Assembly: GCA_030704615.1 (NCBI GenBank)
Contig: CM060733.1
Span: 75,950,001 to 76,014,000 of the forward strand
Source of the DNA: Takakia lepidozioides
Lineage: Eukaryota; Plantae; Bryophyta
Reading direction: 5' to 3'
Length of the DNA stretch: 64,000 nucleotides
Under the pieces are notes generated by a model, which was given only the letters and a program-made list of their open reading frames with translations, ran no database searches and was not told where the DNA came from. Shown in pieces: positions 26,854-40,204 of the stretch. The translations under genes were made by a program, and so were the position numbers. Every line of letters starts with the position of its first letter. The first letter of the stretch is position 1.

Positions 26854-27480
26854 CTAACCAACCCTCCTCCTCTTTCTGCCAGGTAGAGACAAAGCAATAC
26901 TCCCTATCTCCCGCTCACTGAATACTAAAGAAAACAAAGGTAGGGTCTGATAGTCTCTCAACTCGAAAGCTTTGAGACGGTTGCGGGTGTCCTCATTGCG
27001 AATGACTGCATCTCCTTCACGCACAACAAACATGTCATTGCTGATGAACCCCCGCTCGTGGTTGCCTTGTGCAGAGCGTGTCCGGCTGCAACGCTGTCTG
27101 ATTGCACAAACTTGTGTAGCTCCTGCTTCTCTACTCCAGTACACCACGGCCTTGTGGCTGAACACCTTGGTCCCCGGGGCTGTCTTTGGCTGTGTTCCAA
27201 GCCTAGCTTTCACCCACTTTGGTATTTCACTTACAGCTGCAGAACTGCTGGCTCCAACAGAGTTCTGACTGTCCAAAGCGATATTGAGGCCCTCAACGCC
27301 AACTACAGCAGTCTGTTGTCTACTGCTAATGCCTGACTCCCAGTATGCAATCAACTCGTCCAACTGTTCTCCACTCAAATCAGTCTGAGTTCCTTGGGAA
27401 ACATAAATCCTGTCCCCTTGTGTGCACAGGCTAAGAGAAGAGACCTGCCCTTCAATTACGTCCTCATTTCCCCCAGCCAT
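26854..27480 (-). CDS. Unknown 208-aa ORF upstream of gag, same strand
   Basis: Uninterrupted ATG-to-stop ORF ending in basic RKRRR; no recognised domain. Confidence 0.45.
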   Translation of the reverse strand: MAGGNEDVIEGQVSSLSLCTQGDRIYVSQGTQTDLSGEQLDELIAYWESGISSRQQTAVVGVEGLNIALDSQNSVGASSSAAVSEIPKWVKARLGTQPKTAPGTKVFSHKAVVYWSREAGATQVCAIRQRCSRTRSAQGNHERGFISNDMFVVREGDAVIRNEDTRNRLKAFELRDYQTLPLFSLVFSEREIGSIALSLPGRKRRRVG

Positions 27481-29527
27481 ACAAAGAGGACATCCACAGA
27501 TTTGTCTCTCAAATAGACCAGAATTGGTTCTAGAAACAGAATTGTGGATCTTTCACGACACACTCACACTCTAAAAATTCCATAGATTTTTAGCAGAGTC
27601 CCAAAAACAGAAACCAGCTCTAGATAGGTAGATTTCCCCTTTCTGCAGCTATCCCCTCAAAAACTGAGTCAAACGGAGCCCATTTGACAAAGATATGACC
27701 AACCAGGCTCTTTAAACATAACATTTTTTATTTTATTTTTTGTAATAAGACAAAACAAATACAAAGAAAACTCTATTGTCTTGGTTCCCTGTTCCTTGGT
27801 TCCCTGTTCCTGTATATGTGCCCAATGGTACCAGCGGCTCTTAGGTATTGTTCATATTTGCCTGGCAGCCGTCGTCTCTATGGCGAATGCAGCCCGCCAG
27901 TCTCCCGCAATCCTGTCAGCTCAACTTGAGCAACACAGATCGTTCTCGTGCAGGCACCATGATAGCTCCAAAACTATGGGCGGCCCAGGAAGACGACGTC
28001 TCTTCACTTAATGAGAACGTTGAGTGCAAAAGGACAATGGTATAACGGACAGCGGAAAGCGGCTCACAGTAAGGCCGGGGAGGCTATCTTTTGGCAAAGA
28101 AATTCAAACGTTCATGCACAAACTAGTACCAACCCTGGACAAGTTCCCTGGACGCGTCTAGACTCCCCACCAAGCATGCTTGCCCTGTTGGAAAGGGCTG
28201 ACCCGACCCATTCACTTCTTCAAGCACAGAAAGAGAAGGAAAATCCCTTGGTGACGAAGGACTTGGTGCTTGAGGTGCCTGAAATTGCTTCGATGGGCCT
28301 CCCTCAACATTGGTTTGAGCCTCTTCCTTCTCAGCTGCTGCCTGAGTCTGCAAATGCTGCACGCAGCATGCTCCTAACTCCCACTTTCAATTCTTAGCTT
28401 GCATGTCTTACTTTGTCAGTCTCTTGCTTGTTGCTCCCACTGCTGCTAGGCTGGTGATGCATATCTGCAAAGGACCAGCAGCTCCCTCCCATGTGTGGAG
28501 CACCCCTTCTTGAGTCCATCCCTCATCCATTGTACAGTTCTGATGTCTATATAAGAGGTGGGAAGAGATATGGCTGGTTGTTCAGGGATAAACAATGTTG
28601 CAATGAGGCAGCTGCAAGCTGCCAAATCAAAGACTTAGAAGGCCATCAGCTCCTTTGGTTGTGCCCTGTTTCTTTCACGCTCAAGCTCTCTCTGAATGGT
28701 CTCTTCCTGAGCTGACAGTGCCCAACCTGTCGACTTCTCCACATTCTCTTTCACATCTCTACCGTCAGGTTGCTCTACCGAGACATCGCCGCTCCCGCTT
28801 CTTCCTGTTCTTAACAACGTCCTCTGCCTCTTCAACCTTCAGCTTCTCTTCTTCTCTCATGAGAGGTTTGCAATCCAGTGGGTTCTCCCAAATATTTTGC
28901 AACTTCCCATTGTCATTTCCGCTGGGAACTGCACCATTCTTAGAGATCCATTTGTCTCGAATGCTTTCAAGTAGAGCTCGGCTGGACGGTTCTCATTCTG
29001 CACCTTCACATACCAGCATTGTAGCGGCTTGCGTGCAAAGTGTAGCCTCATACTCTGATAAGCCTGTCTTGAGACACCAACGTAATATAGAATCTTTTCC
29101 TCATAAAAATGGCATACACACTTGCCTTCGAGTCAGGTTTGCTGCACTCTGCAATCGTACCCTCCTCAGTCAAGAATGCTACGAACTCGAGATCACTCAA
29201 AGATAAAGCGTTTCCACCCACTTGTGCCTGTCGCCTTCGCAGTGCATCTTGCTTCCGCCTATATTCTTCTTGTGCCTGGAATGTGAGCTGCCGTGTTTGT
29301 CTTGGTGTTCATCGGCTGCTGCCAGTTTTTTACTTCCACGTCCTCCATTATCCGAATTTTGTTGTCTGCTTTCCCATCCAGATCCATGTACTCCGCAGCT
29401 TTCATCTTCTCCTTGATTTGCCTTGTGTACTCCAAAGCCTCTGGTGACTTGGTAGCTTTAGCGACTGCAACAACAGTGACGGCTCTAGCATCGTCATCCT
29501 CCAGGCGTTTCAGGGCACGCTGAATCT

Positions 29528-30006
29528 TGTGGTCACATTCAATGATATGCTTCTCAAACTAAGCACTACTTACACACAAGTAATCTTGCAAGTGCTAACC
29601 CTCAACTCCTACCTTGCACTCACAGGTAAGAGATCATCTCTCTCGAGTGATAAATAAAGCTAAAAAGGACACACACTCCCAACACAAGAAATATAAAATC
29701 CATCGCTATCACTCATTGAAACAGAAGTCGAGCCAGGGGCACCCCAAGCTATGGGGACTCCACCCCACAACAACCTGTACCCCTACATAAGCACACTCAA
29801 ACCTAAACACATGCAGGAGCTCGGTCGCGCAGGCTCAACTCGAGAGAGATGAGCTGCGCGACTGCCGCTCTCGTGAAGATAAGACGGGTCAGGTGTCAAA
29901 CTAAACTTGACACCTGATTTAACACTTGACCTAAATCCAAGTGTTAAATACAAATAACTAGCTTTATTCTAGCTAGTTTCACACTGTGCTTATTTAACTT
30001 GACAGC
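29528..30006 (-). repeat. LTR of the DNMT-Gypsy family, missing its first ~85 bp (5' LTR or separate copy)
   Basis: 100-bp match to 18453-18553. Ends ...ACCACA on the minus strand, the inverse of the TGTGGT start. No recognisable PBS follows. Confidence 0.65.
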
Positions 30007-33000
30007 CACTTTCTCCTTCCCGAATGTGGAATGTCAAGCAGTCCAACCTGTATCTTGTCGTAAGGCCTTGTGCAGCTCGTTGAAGCTCAGTGTTGGAGCA
30101 TGGATGAAGACGTACACTGCGGATATGCAACTCATGCGCTTCAGAAAAAATATAATAAAGGTGTTTGCAGGGGACGCATCCTGCATTCTTTGATTCCATA
30201 ACAAGGAAGTCCTCACAATTGCAGGCTGGGTACTGAGAAACCGTGATTGCATACACGACACTGCGTGCAGTAGACCCGGCCGTTGACAACTGAAATATGC
30301 GCCCCATCCCAAGGTGAGGAACATCCCTGCAACCTTGCACTATGCAGGGCATTGCAAGAGCATTGGTCATCCTGGTGTTGTTCGCTTTTGTTGGTGGCCG
30401 CCGTCTTTTCAGTTTCCCCCACCAATGGGTGGCCCAAGCTGCGGGGTCACCCACCGTTATGCGAGGTGAAGAGCTTCTTGTGGGAGGAGGATGCCAACTG
30501 GGAATTTGATTTCGTGGAACGTTTGTCCTCTCCATCAGTCGAAACCCTGCACTTCCTAGACCGTCTGTCTCCTCCAGGGTAAGATTTGTACCAGTTGCCA
30601 CAGGCCAGATTGCTGGTGGTTCAGGCATGCCTTGTACACCATACTTGGGCTTGCCGAACACACATGAGATGATGTCGTGCCTGCAGAACCAGAACTCCTT
30701 CAGTGTGGCCTCCACAAACTTTGCCCACACAAATCTCCCTGTGAAGCACGGGGCAGGCACACCGCCCTGCGGGCTCCTCCAAATCATCTCATTGCATCTC
30801 TAGTTGGTGTCGACACGAACAACACAACATTTGCCACGAAATGACGGACGGGTCCGTGCAATTCTCCACTACGAGGCCGACACATCTCGCTCCACGATTG
30901 GAATGTTGTATTGGGTAACGATAATAGGAGTAGCATGCTCATCCTCGGGATGTTGTCCCGAGTCTGGCAGCGATTCCATGGATGCTGCAGGGGAGGGGGT
31001 ACGAGTCCTACTGGGAGGAGGCGTGGGACGCAACATCATTGCACCCCGAGGTTGAGTGTGGATGTTCATATCTGATCTCCATGAATCATCGTCGCCTCCG
31101 GGCATGTCCTCAATTCTTCTCTTCACCGGCCGGCTGCAGACATCGCCCTCCAGGCAGTTTCCCCGACTGTGTAACGACGTTGACCTTATTGTTTCCCGCA
31201 ATGCAACAGTCCATTTTTTGGGATCGCTCGAACGATGCTCCGCCCTCATCAGCATCTCCTGCCTGTCTGGTCCGATACCCCATTGCTTTCCTCCCAGAAA
31301 CTGGTAGTAACGAGATTGTTGCATGATGACACTCACAATATCTTCTGTTGTTGCTGTCAACATGTCAACGAGATGTGCCGTAGAGGAAGCACGCCAGGAA
31401 GAGTGCACCGATTCGGCCATGTTCGTCGTCGGCATATCCATGTCATCCTCCAAGCTCATGTCCTGTTGAAGGAAATTAGAAATGTCACTCATTGTGGAGA
31501 ATGTGCAAGCACAAAATAGAACAATTGTCAAGTACATAAATGTGTTACCTGTCTCATGTAGTCTCCAAACTGCCAGAATCTATAGTCCCACCACGCAAGC
31601 CACGTTTGCAGTTCTGGCTGATCTTTCACATCCACTGCCCCTGAAGACACCTACCAGGCGCGTATGGTTGCAAACTCGGTCTCCACCTCATCGATGGAAT
31701 TCGCATTTTTCCACGCAAGGCACATATTGTATTGATCATGCCGGTGGCATGACGCCCCGAACCTTTTCGTGTTTTGTGTCAGACTCTGCATGAAGTAAAA
31801 CCCGCAAGATCTCTCCTTACCTTCCATTGGAGTCTTTGGGTCGTTCCCATATACCCTTCTCACTGCAGCCCAGTTTGCCTGGGCATTGTCAGCCATGAAG
31901 CCCCTAAAAACGGGAGGGGGCAACTTCGCTCTCGCCATTTGCTTAATTTTGCGCCACATATGCAACTCCGAATGTGTCTTCTCCTTTCATTTCGCAGATA
32001 ACAATGGTCATCAACTTTCTGCAATGTGGGTCGTATATATGTGCCCCCATTGTCACCCAATCGTGGTTGGTAATTCGCCTGATGTGGTCGAACATGACCC
32101 AGCAATTTGAGAGGTCTCCACTGGTCATCCGCTTCACCAAATCGACACTGCTCCCCGGTCTGCACGTTGACATCTTAAATATGAAGCACCTGTCCGTCTC
32201 TAAGCCTTGACCAGGAAAGAAGCTGCCCTGGATGAAGTTGTAGCCGCATGTACGCTTCACTTCCAAGATGGAGTGCATGTCTGATCCTCTTCCGATTCGT
32301 TTCTTGCAGCCAACAATGTGGTTCCTGACATTGGGGCTGCACAAATGGGAGACAGCTTCCAGCAGCTCCTATCTGCTTTGGTTTTGCTCCCGGCCTCAAC
32401 CTCACCTCCTCATTGATAATATCGTGGGCTTGTTGAAAAGCGACTCTGCAATTGCCTCTGGTGACGGGGTGGTCATGCTTTCCGATGTGAATGCATGCTC
32501 TGGTGCACGCTGGGCCGACGGTCCCGACGTAGTACTGCTTGGCATTGCACACTGCCATGCACGTAGGGGCTGCGTTGCAATGGGCACACTTGAACGTCCC
32601 TGCAGGAACTCTACCTTGAGGCCAAAATGGGGTCGACGAATTGCCAATCCAGTCTGTCTCATTCCGGGTGCCTTTGCTCGTGTAGTGGTAACATGTGCTC
32701 GAGAAACATTAAGATGTCCAGCACACAATACATATCTCACTCGAACTCCATCACCCAGGTTGGACGATGAAGTTTTGGTGACACACCATGGGTGGCCGTC
32801 ATGTTTCCTGTTCATTCCTGCCAGCATGTCGTCTGGGCCTGCGCCTAGCGGCACTGGAGGGAACTCGTAGATAGCATTCCCATCCACAACTTCAGGCAAA
32901 GTTTCCACAAAATGGATTGGAGTTTTGTCGTAATCAAGCCTAAGAAGGTCACTGGAGCGGGAACCCGCTGTCTTCATCCTCCGCAATATGTCGATTACTG

Positions 33001-33238
33001 AGCGGACGGAAGTTGAGTCCAAGGGTGTGTGCTCATTGTCTGCCGACATCTGAACACTCCTACTAACGGACGACTTCAAAACATACGATGGAAGGACCAT
33101 ACAATCTTCATCGTCACTGGATAAGTTGTGGACGATTGTTTCCTTGGAATGTGCACCCACCGAGAAGCTATGGAGCGGCAATCCTATATTTCTCTTTTCA
33201 CAGGTTTGGGCTTCTCTGCTTGTGAAGAGGTGCACACA

Positions 33239-33960
33239 TGTCGCGGCCCTTTGCCTTGAGGGCAGGGGGTCGGGACACATGAGGGGCTGCCCCTGTGGTG
33301 GGGGCAGCGGCGCGATAGGTATGGGGGCTGAAGCACCCTTGAGTGCCCAAGGCACTCAAGGAGGCGGAGGCGCTCACTAGGTGGAGCCCCGCACACCGGG
33401 TTGCGGTGGAGGTGGCTCCACAAGGGGTGGTGGTAGCTTAGTGGGACTTAGTGGGGGTGGCATAGGACTCACCATGGGGTGGAGACCTCGAGGTGGGAGT
33501 CGTGGGGAGTCTTGGGACTCATCACGGTCCATTGGGGCCGCGGTGAGTGGGCCAAGACTCACCGCGACTCACCACCGGGAGTCGAGGGTTTTCGTGGTGG
33601 TTCGCCATAAAATGGCATGGCTGGTTATGAAACCCCCGCGGACAGCTACAGAAGTATATATAGGGAGTAGTAACCCCGAGAACGGTGCAAGCCCGTTGGT
33701 GACCAAAAACTAGTGAGTAAGCGAGCGAGCCGGAAAGCGACCAAAGAGTGGGGAGCTGTTCCGGACTGCCATCTACCAAAGGGAATTCTCCTAGTCCCAA
33801 ATAGGTGGAGGGTTTTAGAGGAAGCGAAGGGGGACCGTTATGTCCCGGTGAGCAGCCGAAACTCCAAGTTGGCCCGGCGGCCAGGTTGGGAGTCAGGCGC
33901 GCGCATCAAAAGCGGTAACTATGACTTGAAGGGGAGTTTACCGAAGTGAGGTGCGCGACA
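33239..33960 (+). repeat. Chromovirus 5' LTR
   Basis: Direct repeat of 39482-40204. Confidence 0.97.
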
Positions 33961-34015
33961 TTTGGTATCAGAGCTTAGAGTTCAGTACGCGATCGTCCTT
34001 GGGATCGGCCTCATC

Positions 34016-35330
34016 ATGGGGTCGGGCAAGCCGAAGCGAAAGCGGAACGGCCCAAAAGATGATGATCCCGGTGAGCCCGATGGGGGCGACGTGTCACCGA
34101 GGCGGCCGTTTGAGGAAGCGATGAATGTTTCCGAAAACGAGGCCGCTCAAGAGCGGGAGGAATCCGAGGAGTCGGAGCCCGAGGAATCCTCGAGAGCTCC
34201 GACAAACCAAGAGATGCCTCCCATGCCAGCAGCCTTTTGGGAAGGGTTGTTGGCGCAGTTTGGCGGGCGTTGAAAGACGTGTTGAAGGCGGCTAATGCCA
34301 CTTCCACTAAGGCAAAGTTTAAGGTGAAGCCTAAGGAACCCGGCACCTTTGAGGGCGTTCGAAACCGAAGGCACTCAACACCTGGCTCCTGGAGCTAGAG
34401 CAGTACTTCCGGGCGGCCAAGTTGAGTGACGAGGATCGGGTGGAAGTGGCTCCCACCTATTTGAGGGGCTATGCTCAACAATGGTGGCAGAAACGCCTTC
34501 ACGACCGAGGCCCAAGCCCGGAAACCTTGAACTGGAGTGGGTTCAAGGAATTGATGAAGAGACAGTTTGTGCCCCTCAACGCATCCTGGCTTGCCCGGGA
34601 CAAGATGAGGAATTTGAAGCAAACAGATGACATTCGGGGGTATGTCCAGGCTTTCAATGTGCTGTTGCTCGAAGTCGCGGACATGGCAGAACCAGAAATG
34701 GTCTTCAACTTTGTGGCGGGACTGGCCCCATGGGCTAGGCGGAAGTTGGAGGAGAAGCCACCCAAGACTTTGAACGAGGCAATTGAGAGAGCTGAATGTT
34801 TCTCGGATGTCCCTAGGGGTGAGAGACAAGGCCGTACGGAGCTGAACCACAAGAAGACCCGGCGGGAAGGTGACTCCTCCCGACCGGAAAAGAAGTGGGA
34901 TAGGCCACGCGGCGAAAATGGCACGTGGAAATCGAAGGGAGGGCCTTCACACGTCAAGGCGGCACCCGGTGCTTCGAAAGGAAAAGCGGGTGGAGCGGCT
35001 TATGGCGGACAGAAGGCGACCTTTGATGGAGTGTGTTTCAATTGCGGGGAGCCCGGGCACATGGCCAAGAAGTGCACGAAGCCCCGGCAATTGAACATGA
35101 CTCGGGCGACCACGGAGCTGTCGGAAGATACCATCAGTCGTTTGGTGGAAGCGGTAGTCGCCAGGACTTGCAAGGTAGGCAACTATTCTTGTGAGTTGTA
35201 TCAGGAAACTGGCGCCCTGCGTAAAGGGAGTCAGTTATTGTTCGTGGATGGGATAATATCCGGAACTAACGTGTCGTTGTTGGTGGACACAGGAGCGTCG
35301 CACTCCTTCATGACGCGGCGGCGGCGCGAA
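34016..35330 (+). pseudogene. gag: Chromovirus gag and start of protease (frameshifted)
   Basis: [48 protein letters not shown]. Confidence 0.9.
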
Positions 35331-35332
35331 AG

Positions 35333-38300
35333 TTGGGACTCCCGACAAGTGACGTGGGGGCCTCTATTGAGGTGCGCTCTGCCAAAGGAGAACCTCAGTT
35401 GGCGACAAGGTTGGCGTTTGATGTTCCTCTTCAACTGGGGAGTTGGGAGGGACGTGAGAACTTCACTATCTGCGAGATCGATGGAGTGGATCTCATTTTG
35501 GGGATGACCTTTTTGAGCAAATCCGGAGCGGTCATAGATGGCCGCAAGAGAGTAGTCACGCTGCCATGTGGGAATGGTGGCGAGGTTTTACGAGTGTCGG
35601 AAACGCCCAAATCCGTGGGAGGGCGAATAAACCTTCTGTCAGCAAAGGAGTGGGCCGTGGAGGAGGCACACGAGTCCCAGTTTTTGCTTTACATTAGAGA
35701 AGTGAAAGGAGAAGGCGATGGGGAGCCGAGCCCAGATTGGATCAAGGGGATTTTGGAGAAATACCAGGATGTGATGCCGGAGGATTTACCAAGCGGCTTG
35801 CCACCGCGAAGAGGAGTTGACCACAAGATTGAGGTGATACCGGGATCGGAACCGCCTGCCAAGGCGCCCTACCGGTTGAGCCACAGAGAGTTGGTCGAGC
35901 TGAAGACTCAGCTCAAGGATCTAATGTCAAAGGGGTACATCCGGCCGAGTAAGTCACCTTACGGAGCCCCGGTGCTATTCGCAGACAAGAAGGATGGGAC
36001 GCTGCGGATGTGTGTCGATTACAGGGCTTTGAATAAGGTGACTATCAAAAACCGGTACCCTTTGCCAAGGATCGACGACCTCTTCGATCGGTTGGCAGGA
36101 GCGAAGTATTTCAGCCGGATCGACTTGCGCTCCGGCTATCACCAAATTCGGGTGGCAGAAGGAGATGAGGAGAAGACCGCGTGCAGGACAAGGTATGGTT
36201 CATATGAGTTCTTGGTGATGCCTTTTGGGCTCACCAATGCACCAGCGACATTTAGCACGCTGATGAACAGCCTTTTCCAGGAGTGGTTGGATGACTTTGT
36301 GATCGTGTACATCGACGACATCTTGGTGTACTCGAAAACAAAGGAGGAGCACCTGGAGCACCTCAAAAGGGTGTTCCAAAAATTGCGGGAAGGGAAGCTG
36401 TATGCCAAAGCTTCAAAGTGCGAATTCGGGGTCACAAAAGTGGAGTTCCTGGGGCATGTGATTACACAGGATGGGATCAAAATGGATGACAGAAAGGTGA
36501 GGGCGATCTTGGACTGGGAGCCTCCGACTTCGGTCCCGGGAGTGCGATCCTTCCTAGGACTCGCCTCCTATTACCGGAAGTATGTGAGAAATTTCGCCAA
36601 GATCGCGGGGCCGCTGTCGGACCTTCTGTGTAAATCCAAAGTCTGGGTATGGAACACATTTTGTGGCCAAGCTTTTGCTGAATTGAAGCAGCGGATGACG
36701 GAAGCTCCAGTCTTGAAAATCCCGGAGTTCGATCGTCCGTTTGAGATTCATACAGATGCATCGGACTTCGCGATTGGGGGTGTACTTATGCAAGATGGAC
36801 GACCAGTGGCTTACGAAAGTAAGAAACTGAATGAAGTGGAGCGACGGTGGCCGACGCACGAAAAAGAGATGAAGGCGGTGGTGCATTGCCTTGAACTCTG
36901 GCGCCACTATGTTGGTTCCAACCCAGTGAAGGTGTTCACGGACAATGTCACGGTGAAGTATTTTGCCACGCAGCCCAAGTTGTCCCCAAAACAACTTAGG
37001 TGGCAAGATACTTTGGCAGTGTTCGACGTGGATATCCAGTACAAACCGGGACGGGACAATGTGGTGGCCGATGCTTTAAGTAGAAAGCAGCAGCTCTTGT
37101 TGGTGTACAAGGGCGAGACGGCGCTCCAAAGGAAGATCCGGAAGGCTTGCCGGAAGGATGAGCTGGCAAAGCGCGTGATGCAGGACTTGAGAATGGGGGT
37201 TAAATCGCAGTTCCACTTGCAAAAAGGACTGCTCCGGTATAAGCAAAAACGTCTCTATGTGCCAAAGGGAGGGATCAGAGATAGCCTCTTGAGAGAATGC
37301 CATGATAGCCTGCTTGCGGGCCACGGCGGAGCCAAGCGCACTGCGGCACTCTTGAAGAAAGAGTATTTCTGGCCCAAACTGAGGGAGGAGGCAGAGGAGT
37401 ATGTCAAGACATGCACCACATGCCAACAAAACCGGAGCGAGTACAAAAAGCAAGCGGGGCTGTTACAACCCTTGCCGATTCCAGAGGGGACTTGGGAAAG
37501 CGTCTCGATGGATTTCATGACTGCTATGCCGCTGTCAAAAGGATTCGATGCAATCATGGTGGTGGTAGATAGGTTCAGTAAAATGGCCCATTTCATCCCC
37601 ACCAAGGAGACGGCAACGGCGCAGGAGACAGGGCGACTTTACTTCGCCCACGTCTTAAAGCATCATGGAGTCCCGAAGGATATTGTCTCGGACCGCGACC
37701 CAAAGTTTACGAGTAAATTTTGGAGAGCACTTTGGAAGAAGATGGGGACGAGGCTGAAGATGAGCACCGCCTTCCGACCTACGACGGACGGCCAAACGGA
37801 AAGAGTGAATTCCGTAGTGAAGCAATTCTTGCGGAATTACGTGTCGGCAGACCAATCAGACTGGATGGAACACTTAGACGCGGCAGAGTTCTGTTATAAT
37901 AACACAGAACACTCCGCGACGGGAGTTTCCCCTTTTGTGTTGGTCTATGGAAAAGCACCTCTGGTGCCGACAAGTTGGGCCGCCCAGGACGTTGAGGAAC
38001 CGGCAGTAGCGGCGGTGCTGGAAGAACGCGAGCGTTTGTTGAAGCTCGCAAAGTACAACATTGCCAAAGCTAGGAAACGGTATGAAAGGCAGGCGAATCG
38101 GAAGCGGAGGGAAGTGAAGTTTGAGGCAGGCACAGAGGTCTGGTTGAACATCAAGAATTTTCGACTACCTCCGGAAGTGAGTCCGAAGTTCGTACCTCCG
38201 TATGCGGGTCCCTTTCGCATTCGGAGGGTTATGAATGAGGATGTGTATGAATTGGAGCTGCCGGCAAACAGCAAGGTGCACCCAGTATTCCATGTCTCCC

Positions 38301-38575
38301 TTTTGAAGCCTTACTTCAAAGATGAAGCACGTCCGAATCGGCAGCAAGTGTTGCGTCCGCCACCTATGCTGTTGGATCATGAAAATGAACCCGAGTACGA
38401 GGTGGAGGCAATACTTAAGTCGAGGAGGTTCAAGAACCGAGAAACGGAGTATCTCGTCAAATGGAAGGGCTATCATCTTGTGGAGGCATCTTGGGTGCGT
38501 GCCTCAGAAATGGGAAACGCATCCGAGGCAGTTGCAGCGTTCGAAGGGCGACCTCAAAAGCGGAAGAAACGTTGA
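35333..38575 (+). CDS. pol: Chromovirus pol: protease C-terminus, RT, RNase H, integrase, chromodomain
   Basis: 1080-aa ORF with [21 protein letters not shown] integrase core, GPF motif and chromodomain EYEVEAIL...YLVKWKGY...SW. Confidence 0.97.
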   Translation: MGLPTSDVGASIEVRSAKGEPQLATRLAFDVPLQLGSWEGRENFTICEIDGVDLILGMTFLSKSGAVIDGRKRVVTLPCGNGGEVLRVSETPKSVGGRINLLSAKEWAVEEAHESQFLLYIREVKGEGDGEPSPDWIKGILEKYQDVMPEDLPSGLPPRRGVDHKIEVIPGSEPPAKAPYRLSHRELVELKTQLKDLMSKGYIRPSKSPYGAPVLFADKKDGTLRMCVDYRALNKVTIKNRYPLPRIDDLFDRLAGAKYFSRIDLRSGYHQIRVAEGDEEKTACRTRYGSYEFLVMPFGLTNAPATFSTLMNSLFQEWLDDFVIVYIDDILVYSKTKEEHLEHLKRVFQKLREGKLYAKASKCEFGVTKVEFLGHVITQDGIKMDDRKVRAILDWEPPTSVPGVRSFLGLASYYRKYVRNFAKIAGPLSDLLCKSKVWVWNTFCGQAFAELKQRMTEAPVLKIPEFDRPFEIHTDASDFAIGGVLMQDGRPVAYESKKLNEVERRWPTHEKEMKAVVHCLELWRHYVGSNPVKVFTDNVTVKYFATQPKLSPKQLRWQDTLAVFDVDIQYKPGRDNVVADALSRKQQLLLVYKGETALQRKIRKACRKDELAKRVMQDLRMGVKSQFHLQKGLLRYKQKRLYVPKGGIRDSLLRECHDSLLAGHGGAKRTAALLKKEYFWPKLREEAEEYVKTCTTCQQNRSEYKKQAGLLQPLPIPEGTWESVSMDFMTAMPLSKGFDAIMVVVDRFSKMAHFIPTKETATAQETGRLYFAHVLKHHGVPKDIVSDRDPKFTSKFWRALWKKMGTRLKMSTAFRPTTDGQTERVNSVVKQFLRNYVSADQSDWMEHLDAAEFCYNNTEHSATGVSPFVLVYGKAPLVPTSWAAQDVEEPAVAAVLEERERLLKLAKYNIAKARKRYERQANRKRREVKFEAGTEVWLNIKNFRLPPEVSPKFVPPYAGPFRIRRVMNEDVYELELPANSKVHPVFHVSLLKPYFKDEARPNRQQVLRPPPMLLDHENEPEYEVEAILKSRRFKNRETEYLVKWKGYHLVEASWVRASEMGNASEAVAAFEGRPQKRKKR

Positions 38576-39481
38576 TGGGGACATCAACCTTGGAGTGTGG
38601 GGGAGGAAATGCATACTTAGCCCGGTTTAGCTAGCTCAGGAATCCGATTGCAAAAACTTGTATTGTACAAAAATTTGTTATAAAGGAAATGGGTTCCAAA
38701 TATTGTGCGTCCTATTGTGTTTGAAATGGTGATGCATGGTGTGGTTGACTAGTGTGTAGAATGCATGCTAGCTTACAAAAGTAGGAGAGGTAAATTGGAG
38801 TTAATCGTGTGTTTGCGCAGTGCCGAAATCGGGTGACTCCCATCCAAGGGGCAAGGAAACTTGCGCCTTATTTGGGAGTTCACGTGCTAGTGCGCACCTG
38901 GCGCGTGCGCGTACTATAACTGCGCTACCGAGGGGGTTGCCTTGTAGTGCGGGCTAACGCGGAAGCTACGTGCTTCCGTTCACGTACTATAATCGTGTAG
39001 CCTCGGGACGAAGTCGTAGTGCGGCTTCGGCGTGTTCCTGTACCTCAGGCCAGCATTCCAAGGCGGACCCAATTGTAGTGATTGGGGCGCACGGTTGGTT
39101 CAAGGTTATCTTCCTAGTCAAAGAGGGTTCCAGGTGAACCCTTGCTCAAGGTGATGCCAAAAGCGGCATCATGAGCGATCGCAAGCAATGTTGTTGCAGT
39201 AAGGCGATTCGATCCTCGGGAGGATCGTTCCTTGGCCTTGAAGTAGGCCAAGAAGAGTGCACTGGGAGGAGCTGGAGAGGCTCCACCCTTGGCCGGGACT
39301 TGGAGGAAGTCGGCCGAACTAGCTAGTGGAGAGTGGAGTCAAGTGTGGGGTTTGGTTCTTTGCCATGGGACGCCATGGTACGGAAACAAACTCCTTGATG
39401 TGGGACGCCACAACTTGGATGTTCGTTTCTACAAAATGGACAAGTCGATGAGGACATCGACTCCCTGTTGGTAGGGGTGTG

Positions 39482-40204
39482 TGTCGCGGCCCTTTGCCTT
39501 GAGGGCAGGGGTCGGGACACATGAGGGGCTGCCCCTGTGGTGGGGGCAGCGGCGACGATAGGTATGGGGGGCTGAAGCACCCTTGAGTGCCCAAGGCACT
39601 CAAGGAGGCGGAGGCGCTCACTAGGTGGAGCCCCGCACACCGGGTTGCGGTGGAGGTGGCTCCACAAGGGGTGGTGGTAGCTTAGTGGGACTTAGTGGGG
39701 GTGGCATAGGACTCACCATGGGGTGGAGACCTCGAGGTGGGAGTCGTGGGGAGTCTTGGGACTCATCATGGTCCATTGGGGCCGCGGTGAGTGGGCCAAG
39801 ACTCACCGCGACTCACCACCGGGAGTCGAGGGTTTTCGTGGTGGTTCGCCATAAAATGGCATGGCTGGTTATGAAACCCCCGCGGACAGCTACAGAAGTA
39901 TATATAGGGAGTAGTAACCCCGAGAACGGTGCAAGCCCGTTGGTGACCAAAAACTAGTGAGTAATCGTGCGAGCCGGAAAGCGACCAAAGAGTGGGGAGC
40001 TGTTCCGGACTGCCATCTACCAAAGGGAATTCTCCTAGTCCCAAATAGGTGGAGGGTTTTAGAGGAAGCGAATGGGGACCGTTATGTCCCGGTGAGTAGC
40101 CGAAACTCCAAGTTGGCCCGGCGGCCAGGTTGGGAGTCAGGCGCGCGCATCAAAGCGGTTAACTATGACTTGAAGGGGAGTTTACCGAAGTGAGGTGCGC
40201 GACA
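39482..40204 (+). repeat. Chromovirus 3' LTR
   Basis: Direct repeat of 33239-33960. Confidence 0.97.

Larger units (their letters stand above)
18453..27780 (-). mobile_element. Ty3/Gypsy retrotransposon encoding a C5 DNA methyltransferase and a PHD finger (may extend to the LTR at 30006)
   Basis: Domain order gag-PR-DNMT-RT-RNaseH-INT-PHD. PPT AGGGGGGCGA near 18640-18650 precedes the 3' LTR, which starts TGTGGT at 18638. Confidence 0.9.
33239..40204 (+). mobile_element. Full-length Ty3/Gypsy chromovirus
   Basis: TG..CA LTRs, TSD ACACA on both sides (33234-33238, 40205-40209), PBS TGGTATCAGAGC at 33963-33974, PPT near 39470-39481. Confidence 0.98.

Noticed and set aside
26845-26862. TTGGTTAGAGC (rc) as a PBS or tRNA fragment
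   Set aside because: Not adjacent to an LTR end, overlaps an ORF stop, and forms no cloverleaf.
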